A stretch of DNA of 64,000 nucleotides from Octopus vulgaris. Taxonomy: Eukaryota. The stretch is taken from assembly GCA_951406725.2 (NCBI GenBank), contig OX597828.1, positions 15,996,001 through 16,060,000 of the forward strand. Direction: 5' to 3'. This document shows, piece by piece, positions 1 to 9,446 of the stretch (within the stretch, counting starts at the first letter, position 1; each line of letters opens with the position of its first letter). The notes under the pieces are model-generated. The model was not told the origin of the DNA. It ran no database searches and saw nothing but the letters and a program-made list of their open reading frames with translations. The position numbers and the translations under genes were made by a program.

Positions 1-116
1 AAGTTTGGCTGGCGTATTTTGGAAAAATTGCCTTAACGGCGAACAAGGACAACGATGTTGTCACGGCGCTGGTCAGAGGCCGAAAGGCGGATTTTGGCCA
101 GCAGTCACGTGACGGA

Positions 117-393
117 TGTGGTGTGGTGATGAGGGAGTGTGACAGAGAGGGAGGGAGCGGAAGTGGGTCTTGCAGGTCTCGCAGGGCGCATGCGCCGGCG
201 GAAGCGGAAGTCAGCGACAGAACGCACGTGCGGCATCGACGAGGACAGGGAGACACGAGAACGACGCCAAGACGACAAGACGCTAGCAAGTTGGCTCAAG
301 GCGAATCCGGCTTCATCTCTACAGGTAAGACCAAATTACACTTCTAGTTCTTTTCCTTGTTCTGTTACGCTCCTTTTCACCACATCTATCACA
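117..393 (+). repeat. 5' LTR (277 bp)
   Basis: Begins TGTGGTGTGG and ends CTATCACA; no difference found by eye versus 4098-4374 (offset 3981). Confidence 0.97.
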
Positions 394-405
394 AGCTATT
401 TCGGC
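394..405 (+). promoter_or_regulatory. Primer-binding site complementary to the 5' end (nt 1-12) of tRNA-Phe
   Basis: AGCTATTTCGGC abuts the 5' LTR. Its reverse complement GCCGAAATAGCT is the conserved 5' terminus of metazoan cytosolic tRNA-Phe(GAA). No TGG is present. Confidence 0.85.
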
Positions 406-445
406 AAAATAATCACTCGGTTTCGTGAAAATAAAAATAAAAATT

Positions 446-1201
446 ATGCAGACTGCTATGATTTCACGCGACCCTATAACACAGTTTTGCGGCGACACCG
501 ACGTGGTCGCTTGGTTGAGGAGGGTGAAGTTGGTGGCGAAGCTACACGGCATAGCTGACCTGGCTAGTTTTATGCCGTTGTATTTGGATGGCCCGGCGTT
601 GGCGTTATATCTGGAGATGGAGGAAGCGGACCAACGCAGCGCGGACAAGGTGGAGATCCGACTTATGGAGGCCTTCGCGGAAGGAATGTTTGAAGCGTAC
701 ACTCGACTGGGTAGGATGAGGTGGACAGGACAGCAGGTGGACGTGTTCGGCGGCGAGCTTAGAAGGTTGGCAAAACTTGCGGGATATGAGGGAGAGTCGC
801 TAGAACGCACGGTCAGGTTAGCGTTCGTGACCGGCTTTCCCGACATCATGTCGGTCGAGCTACAGAAGCTCCCGAACGTGCGTTCGATGCCGATGGGCGA
901 GATTATATCGCGGGCACGTGTACTGGTGTCGTGCAGCAGGTCGACGTCGGTAGCAGCGACTGCAACGTCGAAAAGTGGCCCAGCTAGGAGCAACGGAGAG
1001 GGGCTGGGGAAAGAACGCGTGCGGTCGTTTAAGGGACAGTGTTTCCGGTGCCAGGGCCCACACATGGTCCGTGACTGCGCGTCGCCCAAGCCGGAGGTGA
1101 TTTGCTACCGGTGCCGAGAGCCGGGGCATGTGGCCAGCGAGTGTCTGCGGGGAAACGGACCGCGGGAGACTACTGCGCCGGTAGTTGTCCCTTTGGATTA
1201 G
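446..1201 (+). CDS. gag: Gag (251 aa) with two zinc knuckles
   Basis: ATG at 446 within ORF 425-1201. C-terminal CFRCQGPHMVRDC (CX2CX3HX4C) and CYRCREPGHVASEC (CX2CX4HX4C). Confidence 0.93.
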   Translation: MQTAMISRDPITQFCGDTDVVAWLRRVKLVAKLHGIADLASFMPLYLDGPALALYLEMEEADQRSADKVEIRLMEAFAEGMFEAYTRLGRMRWTGQQVDVFGGELRRLAKLAGYEGESLERTVRLAFVTGFPDIMSVELQKLPNVRSMPMGEIISRARVLVSCSRSTSVAATATSKSGPARSNGEGLGKERVRSFKGQCFRCQGPHMVRDCASPKPEVICYRCREPGHVASECLRGNGPRETTAPVVVPLD

Positions 1202-1211
1202 TAGCGGCGCG
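1150..1211 (+). promoter_or_regulatory. -1 ribosomal frameshift signal (slippery heptamer plus predicted pseudoknot)
   Basis: G GGA AAC (1150-1156) is in the gag frame and pol is in the -1 frame. A 7-nt spacer is followed by stem 1 (1164-1173/1181-1191); loop GCGCCG (1175-1180) is complementary to CGGCGC (1205-1210). Confidence 0.85.
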
Positions 1212-4062
1212 TTTCTCATCGTTACCTGTGGTCGACATTCTGGTGAAGGGGAAGATGTCGCGAGCCCTGGTGGACACGGGCTGTACGACGACCCTGATGA
1301 CCACAGAAGTGGCAGAGACGTGGAGTGGAGGAAGCAGTGTCAGGGCAGTCGACGGAAGAGAAGTGCACTGCGAAGGGGTTACGGATGCGCAGATCGTGGT
1401 GCAGGGACTGCAGCTGACGTTGCGAGCGATTGTGGTCGGTCACTTGGTGGACGAGATCGACGTGGTGATGGGGATGGATGCGATCACCCGTCTGGGAGGT
1501 GTTACCGTCAACGAGGCTGGCGTAACGTTTGGGCTAGCAGGGAAGCCGTGTAGGGCGACACCACGCACCGACGACGACCGTGAGGAAATGGATGCGGCGC
1601 ACACCATTGAAGACCAGGATTTTCGGGCTGTCTTTGATGGCGAGAGGTGGACAGTGGAGTGGCACTGGAAGGGAGAGCCCCCGATGTTAAAGAACAAAGT
1701 GGGCTGCTATCAGCATACTCTAAAAGGAGATGCCAGAAGTGAGTTCGAGGGGGAGGTGGAGCGGTGGATTAAGGAGGGCATACTGATCCCCTGGGAAAAA
1801 GAAGAGAGCGGAGTCCTGCCACTGATGGCGGTGATACAGCCCACAAAGCGTAAGGTCAGGCCAGTGCTCGACTTCCGAGAGCTGAATGACCACGTGTCGT
1901 GTCATACAGGCGGCGAGGCCACGGATGTCTGCGGAGACACCTTGCGAGAGTGGAGGCAGACGGCGGGGGCCTCCACGATTGTCGATTTGAAGTCGGCATA
2001 CCTTCAGGTTCATGTGGCTGAGAAACTATGGAGGTACCAGCTCGTCAGGTATAGGGGCCGGACGTACTGTCTGACCAGGTTGGGATTCGGGCTGAATTCA
2101 GCTCCGAAGATTATGGCAACAATTCTCAAGACCGTCCTGGGGAAGGTGGACAGAGTAAAAAGGGCCACCAATTCATACATCGACGACATTCTGGTGGATG
2201 AAACCGTGATACCAGCAACGGAGGTCATAGGCCACCTGAAGAGTTTTGGACTGATCGCCAAGCCGCCAGAGGCTATGGAGGGAGGTGCTGCACTGGGCCT
2301 CAAGCTATGGAGAGACAAAGCCGGCGCCCTGGTGTTCCGGCGAGGGAATGAGATCCCTGAACTGGGCGCCAGCATGAGTAGACGGGAGCTGTTCTCTGTG
2401 TGTGGGAAGCTGGTGGGACACTACCCGATTGCAGGCTGGCTCCGGACAGCATGCAGCTTCATCAAGAGACGAGCCGAAGGAGTGAAGTGGAATGACAAAG
2501 TGGGGGAGAGGACGATCGACATGATGCAGGAAGTCCTGGTCAGAGTAAGAGCAGAGGACCCGGTGAGGGGCAGCTGGTACGTTCCCAAATCAAAGAGCGG
2601 GATCGTATGGTGTGACGCCAGTAGCATCGCAATAGGGATTGTCTTGGAAGTGGGAGGTGTCACGGTGGAAGATGCAGCCTGGCTCAGGAAGATGGATGAC
2701 TGCAGTCACATCAACGTGGCGGAGTTGGAAGCCGTGCTGAAGGGGGTGAACCTAGCCTTGAAGTGGGGGTTGCACACCATAGAAGTCAGGACTGATTCAG
2801 CCACTGTGCTTGGTTGGGCGACGGCAGTCATCACCGATGAGCGGAGGGTGCGGACCAAAGGGGCTGCAGAGATGCTGGTAAAGCGTCGATTGGGGATACT
2901 GCGTGAACTGACCACTGAGTTCAATCTGAAGCTGAGCGTGATCTTTGTGCCTTCCGAGAAGAACAGGGCAGACGTCCTGACCAGGGTTAAGCGAGCCTGG
3001 TTGCAAGTGCCAGAGGACGCGAAGCAGGATGTAGCTGCAGTATGCCATCTGAGCGACTCGGAGTTGCGGAGACTGCACACCATGCATCACATGGGTGTGG
3101 ACAGGACGTTGTTCCTGGCCAGAAAAGTCGACTCCGACGTAACAAGACAGAGCGTGCGGAGAGTGGTTAGCAGTTGCGACAGGTGCCAGTCCATCGACCC
3201 TGCTCCGGTCGTGCATGAAGCGGGAAGTATTCCAGTGGACCAGGACTGGAGACGACTGGCGGTGGACATAACACACTACCGGCAGGGGACATACCTCTCA
3301 ATGGTTGACTGCGGACCGGGGCGGTTCGCCATATGGAGGGAGATGAGGTCAGGAACCGCAGAAGAAATTGCGAAAGTGCTGAACGAGATATTCCTGGAAC
3401 GAGGCCCCGTGGATGAACTGCTTCTGGACAACGGCACTGCATTTCGCTCGGAGGCGCTGAGAGAAATGCTTGATGAGTGGAAGGTCAACCGCTTCTTCAG
3501 GGCGGCATACCGGCCAAGTGGAAACGGGGTGGTGGAAAGGCATCATCGTACCATCAAGGCCATGGCTGAGAGGGGTCACATTTCACCAGTCGAGGCCGTG
3601 TTTTGGTACAACATGTCGCCCAGATCAGGACAGGCCGAGGAGTCGGTGCCACACAGGGCAATATTCAGGTACGAGTGGAGGCATCCGTGTACTGCATCAA
3701 TGCGACCCGGGGCAGAGGAAGAGCACGCCTTCGTGCAGGTCGGGGAGGAAGTCTGGGTGAAACCCCCGAACGCACGGTGTACATCGCAATGGGGAAAGGG
3801 GACAATAACCTCCGTAAATTCAAAGAACAACATCTCGGTAGATGGCATGCCACGCCACGTTTTGGACATACGGAGGATTGTCCATGCCCCGGAGGATGGG
3901 ACGAGCAACAGTGGGCAAGACGATAACAACAGACAGGATGACGAGGTCGGCAGCAACACGCCAGAAACAAGTCCTAGGGTCGCACTGCGACCACAGAGGG
4001 AGCGGCACCCTCCTCCCTGGTTGGCTGACTACGAAACCAGTTTCAGGTGCGGGAGCGAGTGA
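1150..4062 (+). CDS. pol: Pol polyprotein (aspartic protease, RT, RNase H, DDE integrase), expressed as a Gag-Pol frameshift fusion
   Basis: ORF 1102-4062. Motifs: DTG (1273-1281), YIDD (2176-2187), RNase H CDAS (2611-2622)/ELEA/TDS/NRADVLTR, integrase HHCC (about 3076-3186) and D(3265)-D(3427)-35-E(3535). Confidence 0.96.
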   Translation, partial: GKRTAGDYCAGSCPFGLVAARFSSLPVVDILVKGKMSRALVDTGCTTTLMTTEVAETWSGGSSVRAVDGREVHCEGVTDAQIVVQGLQLTLRAIVVGHLVDEIDVVMGMDAITRLGGVTVNEAGVTFGLAGKPCRATPRTDDDREEMDAAHTIEDQDFRAVFDGERWTVEWHWKGEPPMLKNKVGCYQHTLKGDARSEFEGEVERWIKEGILIPWEKEESGVLPLMAVIQPTKRKVRPVLDFRELNDHVSCHTGGEATDVCGDTLREWRQTAGASTIVDLKSAYLQVHVAEKLWRYQLVRYRGRTYCLTRLGFGLNSAPKIMATILKTVLGKVDRVKRATNSYIDDILVDETVIPATEVIGHLKSFGLIAKPPEAMEGGAALGLKLWRDKAGALVFRRGNEIPELGASMSRRELFSVCGKLVGHYPIAGWLRTACSFIKRRAEGVKWNDKVGERTIDMMQEVLVRVRAEDPVRGSWYVPKSKSGIVWCDASSIAIGIVLEVGGVTVEDAAWLRKMDDCSHINVAELEAVLKGVNLALKWGLHTIEVRTDSATVLGWATAVITDERRVRTKGAAEMLVKRRLGILRELTTEFNLKLSVIFVPSEKNRADVLTRVKRAWLQVPEDAKQDVAAVCHLSDSELRRLHTMHHMGVDRTLFLARKVDSDVTRQSVRRVVSSCDRCQSIDPAPVVHEAGSIPVDQDWRRLAVDITHYRQGTYLSMVDCGPGRFAIWREMRSGTAEEIAKVLNEIFLERGPVDELLLDNGTAFRSEALREMLDEWKVNRFFRAAYRPSGNGVVERHHRTIKAMAERGHISPVEAVFWYNMSPRSGQAEESVPHRAIFRYEWRHPCTASMRPGAEEEHAFVQVGEEVWVKPPNARCTSQWGKGTITSVNSKNNISVDGMPRHVLDIRRIVHAPEDGTSNSGQDDNNRQDDEVGSNTPETSPRVALRPQRERHPPPWLADYETSFRCGSE

Positions 4063-4089
4063 GGAAGCCGGTTCAGTGATCTATAGATC

Positions 4090-4097
4090 AGGGGGCG
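4090..4097 (+). promoter_or_regulatory. Short polypurine-tract-like sequence
   Basis: AGGGGGCG immediately upstream of the 3' LTR. Confidence 0.55.
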
Positions 4098-4374
4098 TGT
4101 GGTGTGGTGATGAGGGAGTGTGACAGAGAGGGAGGGAGCGGAAGTGGGTCTTGCAGGTCTCGCAGGGCGCATGCGCCGGCGGAAGCGGAAGTCAGCGACA
4201 GAACGCACGTGCGGCATCGACGAGGACAGGGAGACACGAGAACGACGCCAAGACGACAAGACGCTAGCAAGTTGGCTCAAGGCGAATCCGGCTTCATCTC
4301 TACAGGTAAGACCAAATTACACTTCTAGTTCTTTTCCTTGTTCTGTTACGCTCCTTTTCACCACATCTATCACA
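4098..4374 (+). repeat. 3' LTR (277 bp)
   Basis: Identical to 117-393; followed by TSD ACGGA. Confidence 0.97.
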
Positions 4375-4643
4375 ACGGAGAAGAGAGAAAAGAAAAGAAA
4401 AGAAAGGGAGGCAAAGGAAGGAAGAGAGAGAGAAGAGGGACGAAAGGAACAAGGGGGGAGAAGAGAGAGAAAGAAGGAATTAGAGAGGGGAGAAGGGATG
4501 GGTGTCAAAGATTGACCTGTGAGTGCAAGGCAAGACAAAGAAATGGAAGGGTAGGGGAAGAGTAGACCAAAGAATCAGAGGCAAGAGAAAAGGAGGATGA
4601 GTAGAGAGAAGAGAGAGAGAAGGGGACAGATATATATATATAC

Positions 4644-4925
4644 GTTTAATAAAAAGTATTTGGGTGGATTTTTTCGACTTAAAACTCTCCAAGGCGATGC
4701 CCCAGCATGACCGCAGTCTAATGATGACTGAAACAAGAAAGAGACAAAAGATATATGGATATAGGCGTAGGTGGGGCTGAGTGGTACCCGACCACTTGGC
4801 TCTTGGTTCAGACCCACTGTTTGGCATTTTGGGAAAGTGTCTTCTACGACACTCTCGGGTCGACCAAAGCCTTGTGTAACTTAGCGGTTCGGATACACAG
4901 ACCGATATAATGAGTACCAGGATTA
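4644..4925 (+). mobile_element. SINE family A fragments (a tail piece followed by an internally deleted copy)
   Basis: Similarity to the tail (CAGCATGxCCGCAGTC...GACTGAAACAAG) and head (GGTTCAGACCCACTG...GACCAAAGCCTTGTG) of the copies at 9896 and 13095. Confidence 0.7.
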
Positions 4926-5009
4926 ACATGTATTTGACAACTGTGGAGTGTATTGAATTTGTTTTGTACCTGACTTTTGGCCCATCCTATTTTGGCAGCT
5001 AATTTGTAG

Positions 5010-5290
5010 TTTCCGTGAAGAGTATGATGCTATATGCGAAACGGAAGTGCTGTTGATGTTTACGTCCCCTGTCCAGTCAATGTCTTTGATAGTCATGTCT
5101 AGGAACGCGGTGAAGAACTTTGGAGAGATGTTTTTCCTTGCTTGGCGCTCTTTCCAGTGTTCACAAACAGCAGGCGTACCCGTACAGATGATGCGTTATA
5201 TATACAAAAGATCGGAAGAGAGACACTTGGAAGTTCTCTACGACGATGGCAAGACGATTTAATAAAACACTCTGGGCCAGGATATAGAAG
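5010..5290. pseudogene. Degenerate RTE-clade LINE fragments in opposite orientations
   Basis: Minus strand (about 5030-5145) reads KQG/ISPKFFTAFLDMTIKDIDWTGDVNINSTSVSHI, like the RT motif QGDxISPKLF...ININGxxLSHL. Plus strand (about 5205-5270) reads PKDRKR/RRWQDDLIKH, like an RTE C-terminus. Confidence 0.5.
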
Positions 5291-5977
5291 AAAATGTGCA
5301 ATCAAGAAAGAATTCGAAGCACATTGTGATCAGCGATGTCATAACCATGAATGCCGCAATAATCCTCAATATTGTAACATCGGTAACCCGTGTATTAAAG
5401 AAACCTTTCTGATAAAAAGAAAACACAAACTAACCATCAACAATTATTTTGAATTGAATAGGGCATAGTGACTGTAATATTCTCTTCATATTGTCACTGT
5501 ATATGAAAATCCTGGCTAATTTTTTGCATAAATGGAGCACAATTCACTGCCTAATTACCACTCATTTGCAGATAGGTCTATAATAAATTCTGCCATTCAC
5601 ACAAGCATTGAACTGACAAACTAGCACGAGCCGTTAGTGTGGCGACAAAATTATGTTGTATGATCATTACATTTATCTCCGCAATACATTTTGTTTTTCG
5701 TATATGGATGCAGTAAAAACAAATAATCCCAATAATTATAAAATTACATCTAAAACTGAAACGTGGAAGATTAATCTTGCATTGAACTATAATTATATAT
5801 TTTATGCATAAAAAAAGCAGACACATATTTACTCACACACACACAAACACACATATACATACACACATATGAAAATACATATATACATATATATACATAT
5901 GTGTGTGTGTATGTGAGTGTATGTGAATGTGCGTGTGTGTATGTGTGCGTATGTAAATGTAAGAACATATACAAGTA

Positions 5978-6371
5978 TAATCGACTTAATCCGTTTGTCT
6001 GTCCTTGTTTGTCCTCTCTGTGTTTAGCCCCTCGTGGGTAGTAAAGAAATCGGTATTTCGTCTGCCGTTACGTTCTGAGTTCAAATTTCACCGAGGTCGA
6101 CTTTGCCCTTCATCCTTTCGGGGTCGATTAAATAAGTACCAGTTACGCACTGGGGTCGATGTAATCGACTTAATCCGTTTGTCTGTCCTTATTTGTCCCC
6201 TCTGTGTTTAGCCCCTTGTGGGTTCTGAGTTCAAATTCCGCCGAGGTCGACTTTGCCTTTCATCCTTTCGGGGTCGATAAATTAAGTACCAATTACGCAC
6301 TGGGGTCGATGTAATCGACTTAATCCGTTTGTCCCCTCTGTGTTTAGCCCCTTGTGGGTAGTAAAGAAATA
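5978..6371 (+). mobile_element. SINE family B (MESC/Meta-type core) as a tail-body-tail-body-tail tandem
   Basis: Two copies of GCCTTTCATCCTTTCGGGGTCGAT...AAGTACC and three copies of the tail TAATCGACTTAATCCGTTTGTC...GCCCCTTGTGGG. Confidence 0.8.
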
Positions 6372-6463
<92 letters not shown>

Positions 6464-7507
6464 ACATGACTCTTCTTCGAATATCCAATGAAATTGAAGC
6501 GTCTTAGGTGCTCACAAAACTAAACAATATGCATCAGAGTCAAACATCTATTAAATACATGTAATACCCAAGCAAATATCCTGAGTGCTACTTTCTTTCG
6601 TTTGTTCGCTCGTACATAAGCACACACACACATGTGTTGTTTCACCTGAACGATCTAAAGCCCTGGGGAGGTTCTTAGCCCACCGGCCATGCCTGTGTCT
6701 TTTTATGTACTTTTGTAGTCGTTGGTGCCAAGTGCATCGAGCTTGTATCAGCCGAAGACGTGCAACGATCGTTGAATTGTTGAACAGAAACTTAAAGACC
6801 AGATTGTAAGCTTCCATAACTGCATTATTAAATACATACATACACACGCACGTGAACATACACATACACACACACACATAAATATATGTGTGTGTGCATA
6901 TATATGCGTGTATAGATACATACATCATATTTACGCACATACACACACTCACACGCCTGCACACACATTTATATATATTGGAGGAAAAGATCTGTAAAAA
7001 TTAGCGTATTGATTAGAAATTATGAGAAGTGTTAGTGTTAGAGAAATGCTGAAATAGAATATAAACTTCTCTGTTTGGCTGGATAAATGCAATGATTAAA
7101 GAGTCAGTGCAGATGTCAGCATGATGCTACGTCTGTATAATAATTGGTAAAGTCGATTCTACCAACATCAAATAATTGCAGCATATACTTTTAAGTATGA
7201 ACAGTTCCGCATCAGCGATTTCTTAACCGCAGTGTCATTAATTAATAGATTGCAATAAACGTGAAAGATTCCATTAGAAATTTCAAAGACACGGAACTTT
7301 TGATTCTTGGCTATATCTGAAAATTTTGAAGCCTCATCTCAGGGTCGACCACTTCTTGTCTCAGTACTTGACCAATTCTACAATGTTCACTTCACCACAT
7401 TGCTACCAAGTGACTCAAGAACTATAAATGTGAAATAACGTCTAGAAATCGACGAAGAGCGCTAAACTGTCTCATAGAGTTCAATTATTGATCTTTGCGT
7501 GATTATT

Positions 7508-7880
7508 AGGCGTGGCTGTTTGGTAAGAAGCTTGCTTCCCAAACACATGGTTCCGGGTTCAGACCCACTGTGTGGCATCTTGGGCTAACTGGATCTCCGT
7601 CGGTTACGACGACGAGTGCACCAGTTGATTTGATCAACGGAACAGTCTGCTCGTGAAATTAACGTGCAACTGGCAGAGCACGCCACAGACATGCATACCC
7701 TTATCGTAGTTCTGAGGGAGATTCTGCACGACACAGGTGCTACTCATATTTGTCAGCTGAGTGGACTGGAGCAACGTGAAATAAAAGTGTCTTACTCAAG
7801 GACACAACGCGCCGCCGGGAATCGAACACTCGACATAACGGTCACGATCCGAATACCCCGAACATCAAGCTACGCGCCTT
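7508..7880. mobile_element. SINE family A head (+, 7508-7587) abutting a family C-related SINE (-, about 7594-7880)
   Basis: Head GGCGTGGCTGTTTGGTAAGAAGCTTGC...GGTTCAGACCC. 7658-7731 matches the minus-strand family C copy at 46490-46570. Confidence 0.7.
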
Positions 7881-8545
7881 CACGAACGATTTACTTAATT
7901 GAAATGATGTCTGAAATGGCCGAGTATTCTACAGACAAATGTGACCTTAACATAATTGCCAAGCAGAATGAGCGTGACAGAAGTTTGACAAAGAGGGTGC
8001 ATTAAACTTTGGTACTGTCTACTCGAAGGGCTTCCTCACAGTTTCCACCCATCTTATTTCTTTCACAAGAGTTGGGTAGATCTGAGGATATACTTGAGAC
8101 GACTTGCCCAAGTTTATATAAATCGGGCTCAAGCCCGGGATCTCGTTGTCGGTAAGCAAGTGTCTTACCCACTCGGCTACGATGCGTCCATAGTTATTAC
8201 ATAAATACCAATGGACAATAAATACACGTAGTTCAACGACTCCAAAATGGCGCACAGATATTAAACTGTTTGAGATGAACTATTGGTTTCTCTCGATATA
8301 AACTAATGATTAAAAACCCTTGTTTCAGATTCGAACGTTGCTCGTCTGTGAACTTAAGAAGAAGTGGAGGAAGTGGGGGGGGGGGGACAAAAAAGAAAAA
8401 GAAGAGAAAGAAGAAGAAGAGAGAAATAAATGAATATGGTGCGGCGTTGACCTAACCACATTGTCAGTAAATAGGTTAGTGGAGACTAATAGACACAAAA
8501 GATCAAGAACTGACACGACGACTAAAATGTGCCAGATCAAATATT

Positions 8546-8580
8546 GATTATTATTATTATTATTATCATTATTATTATTA

Positions 8581-8614
<34 letters not shown>

Positions 8615-8626
8615 CATTATTATTAA

Positions 8627-8678
<52 letters not shown>

Positions 8679-8703
8679 GTTATTATTATTATCATTATTA
8701 TCA

Positions 8704-8773
<70 letters not shown>

Positions 8774-8817
8774 CATTGCTATTATTATTATCATTGTTAT
8801 TATTATTATCATTATTA

Positions 8818-8860
<43 letters not shown>

Positions 8861-8877
8861 CATTGCTATTATTATTA

Positions 8878-8914
<37 letters not shown>

Positions 8915-8930
8915 CATTGTTATTATTACT

Positions 8931-8962
<32 letters not shown>

Positions 8963-9278
8963 CATTGTTATTATTACTATTATTATTATTATTATTATTA
9001 TCATTGTTATTGTTATTATTATTATTATTATTACTATTATTATTATTATTATCATCATTGTTATTATTGCTATTATTATTTATTATTACCATCGCCTTCA
9101 CCACCACCACCACCACCACCACCACCACCACCAACACCACCACCATCATCATCATCATCATCATCATCACCACCACCATCATCATCATCATCATCATCAT
9201 CATCATATCCATCATTACAAAACCTCCACCACAACCATCATCACCATCATCACCGTCATCATCATCATTGTCGTCGTC
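8546..9278. repeat. Compound trinucleotide microsatellite (ATT)n/(ACC)n/(ATC)n
   Basis: Directly visible. Confidence 0.97.
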
Positions 9279-9403
9279 GTGTCTCTTTTAGTCTTTGTTT
9301 TCTTCTTTTCTTTTTGGCTTTGTTAGTTACATCGTAGTATTGTAATCTAATTTGGCCCCCGATAATTCTCACTATCTCTCTCTCTCTCCAATCGCTATTT
9401 CGT

Positions 9404-9446
<43 letters not shown>

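Larger units (their letters stand above)
117..4374 (+). mobile_element. Full-length, intact LTR retrotransposon (Gypsy-like PR-RT-RH-IN order)
   Basis: Two identical 277-bp direct repeats with TG...CA ends, flanked by the 5-bp TSD ACGGA (112-116 and 4375-4379). Uninterrupted gag and pol ORFs lie between them. Confidence 0.98.

Noticed and set aside
394-405. Self-priming (Tf1/sushi-type) explanation for the PBS lacking TGG
   Set aside because: The complement GCCGAAATAGCT does not occur in the LTR.
319-1089. 256-aa antisense ORF over gag, and other short ORFs overlapping pol and the LTRs
   Set aside because: Expected shadow ORFs in GC-rich coding sequence; no motifs.
1102-1149. TTG start of pol given by the ORF track
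   Set aside because: Pol is better explained by the -1 frameshift at 1150-1156.
5978-6371. CRISPR-like repeat-spacer pattern
   Set aside because: The intervening segments are homologous SINE bodies; eukaryotic context with no cas genes.
8325-9326. Long ORFs of poly-N, poly-I, poly-L and poly-H
   Set aside because: Translations of trinucleotide microsatellites on both strands with no domain content.
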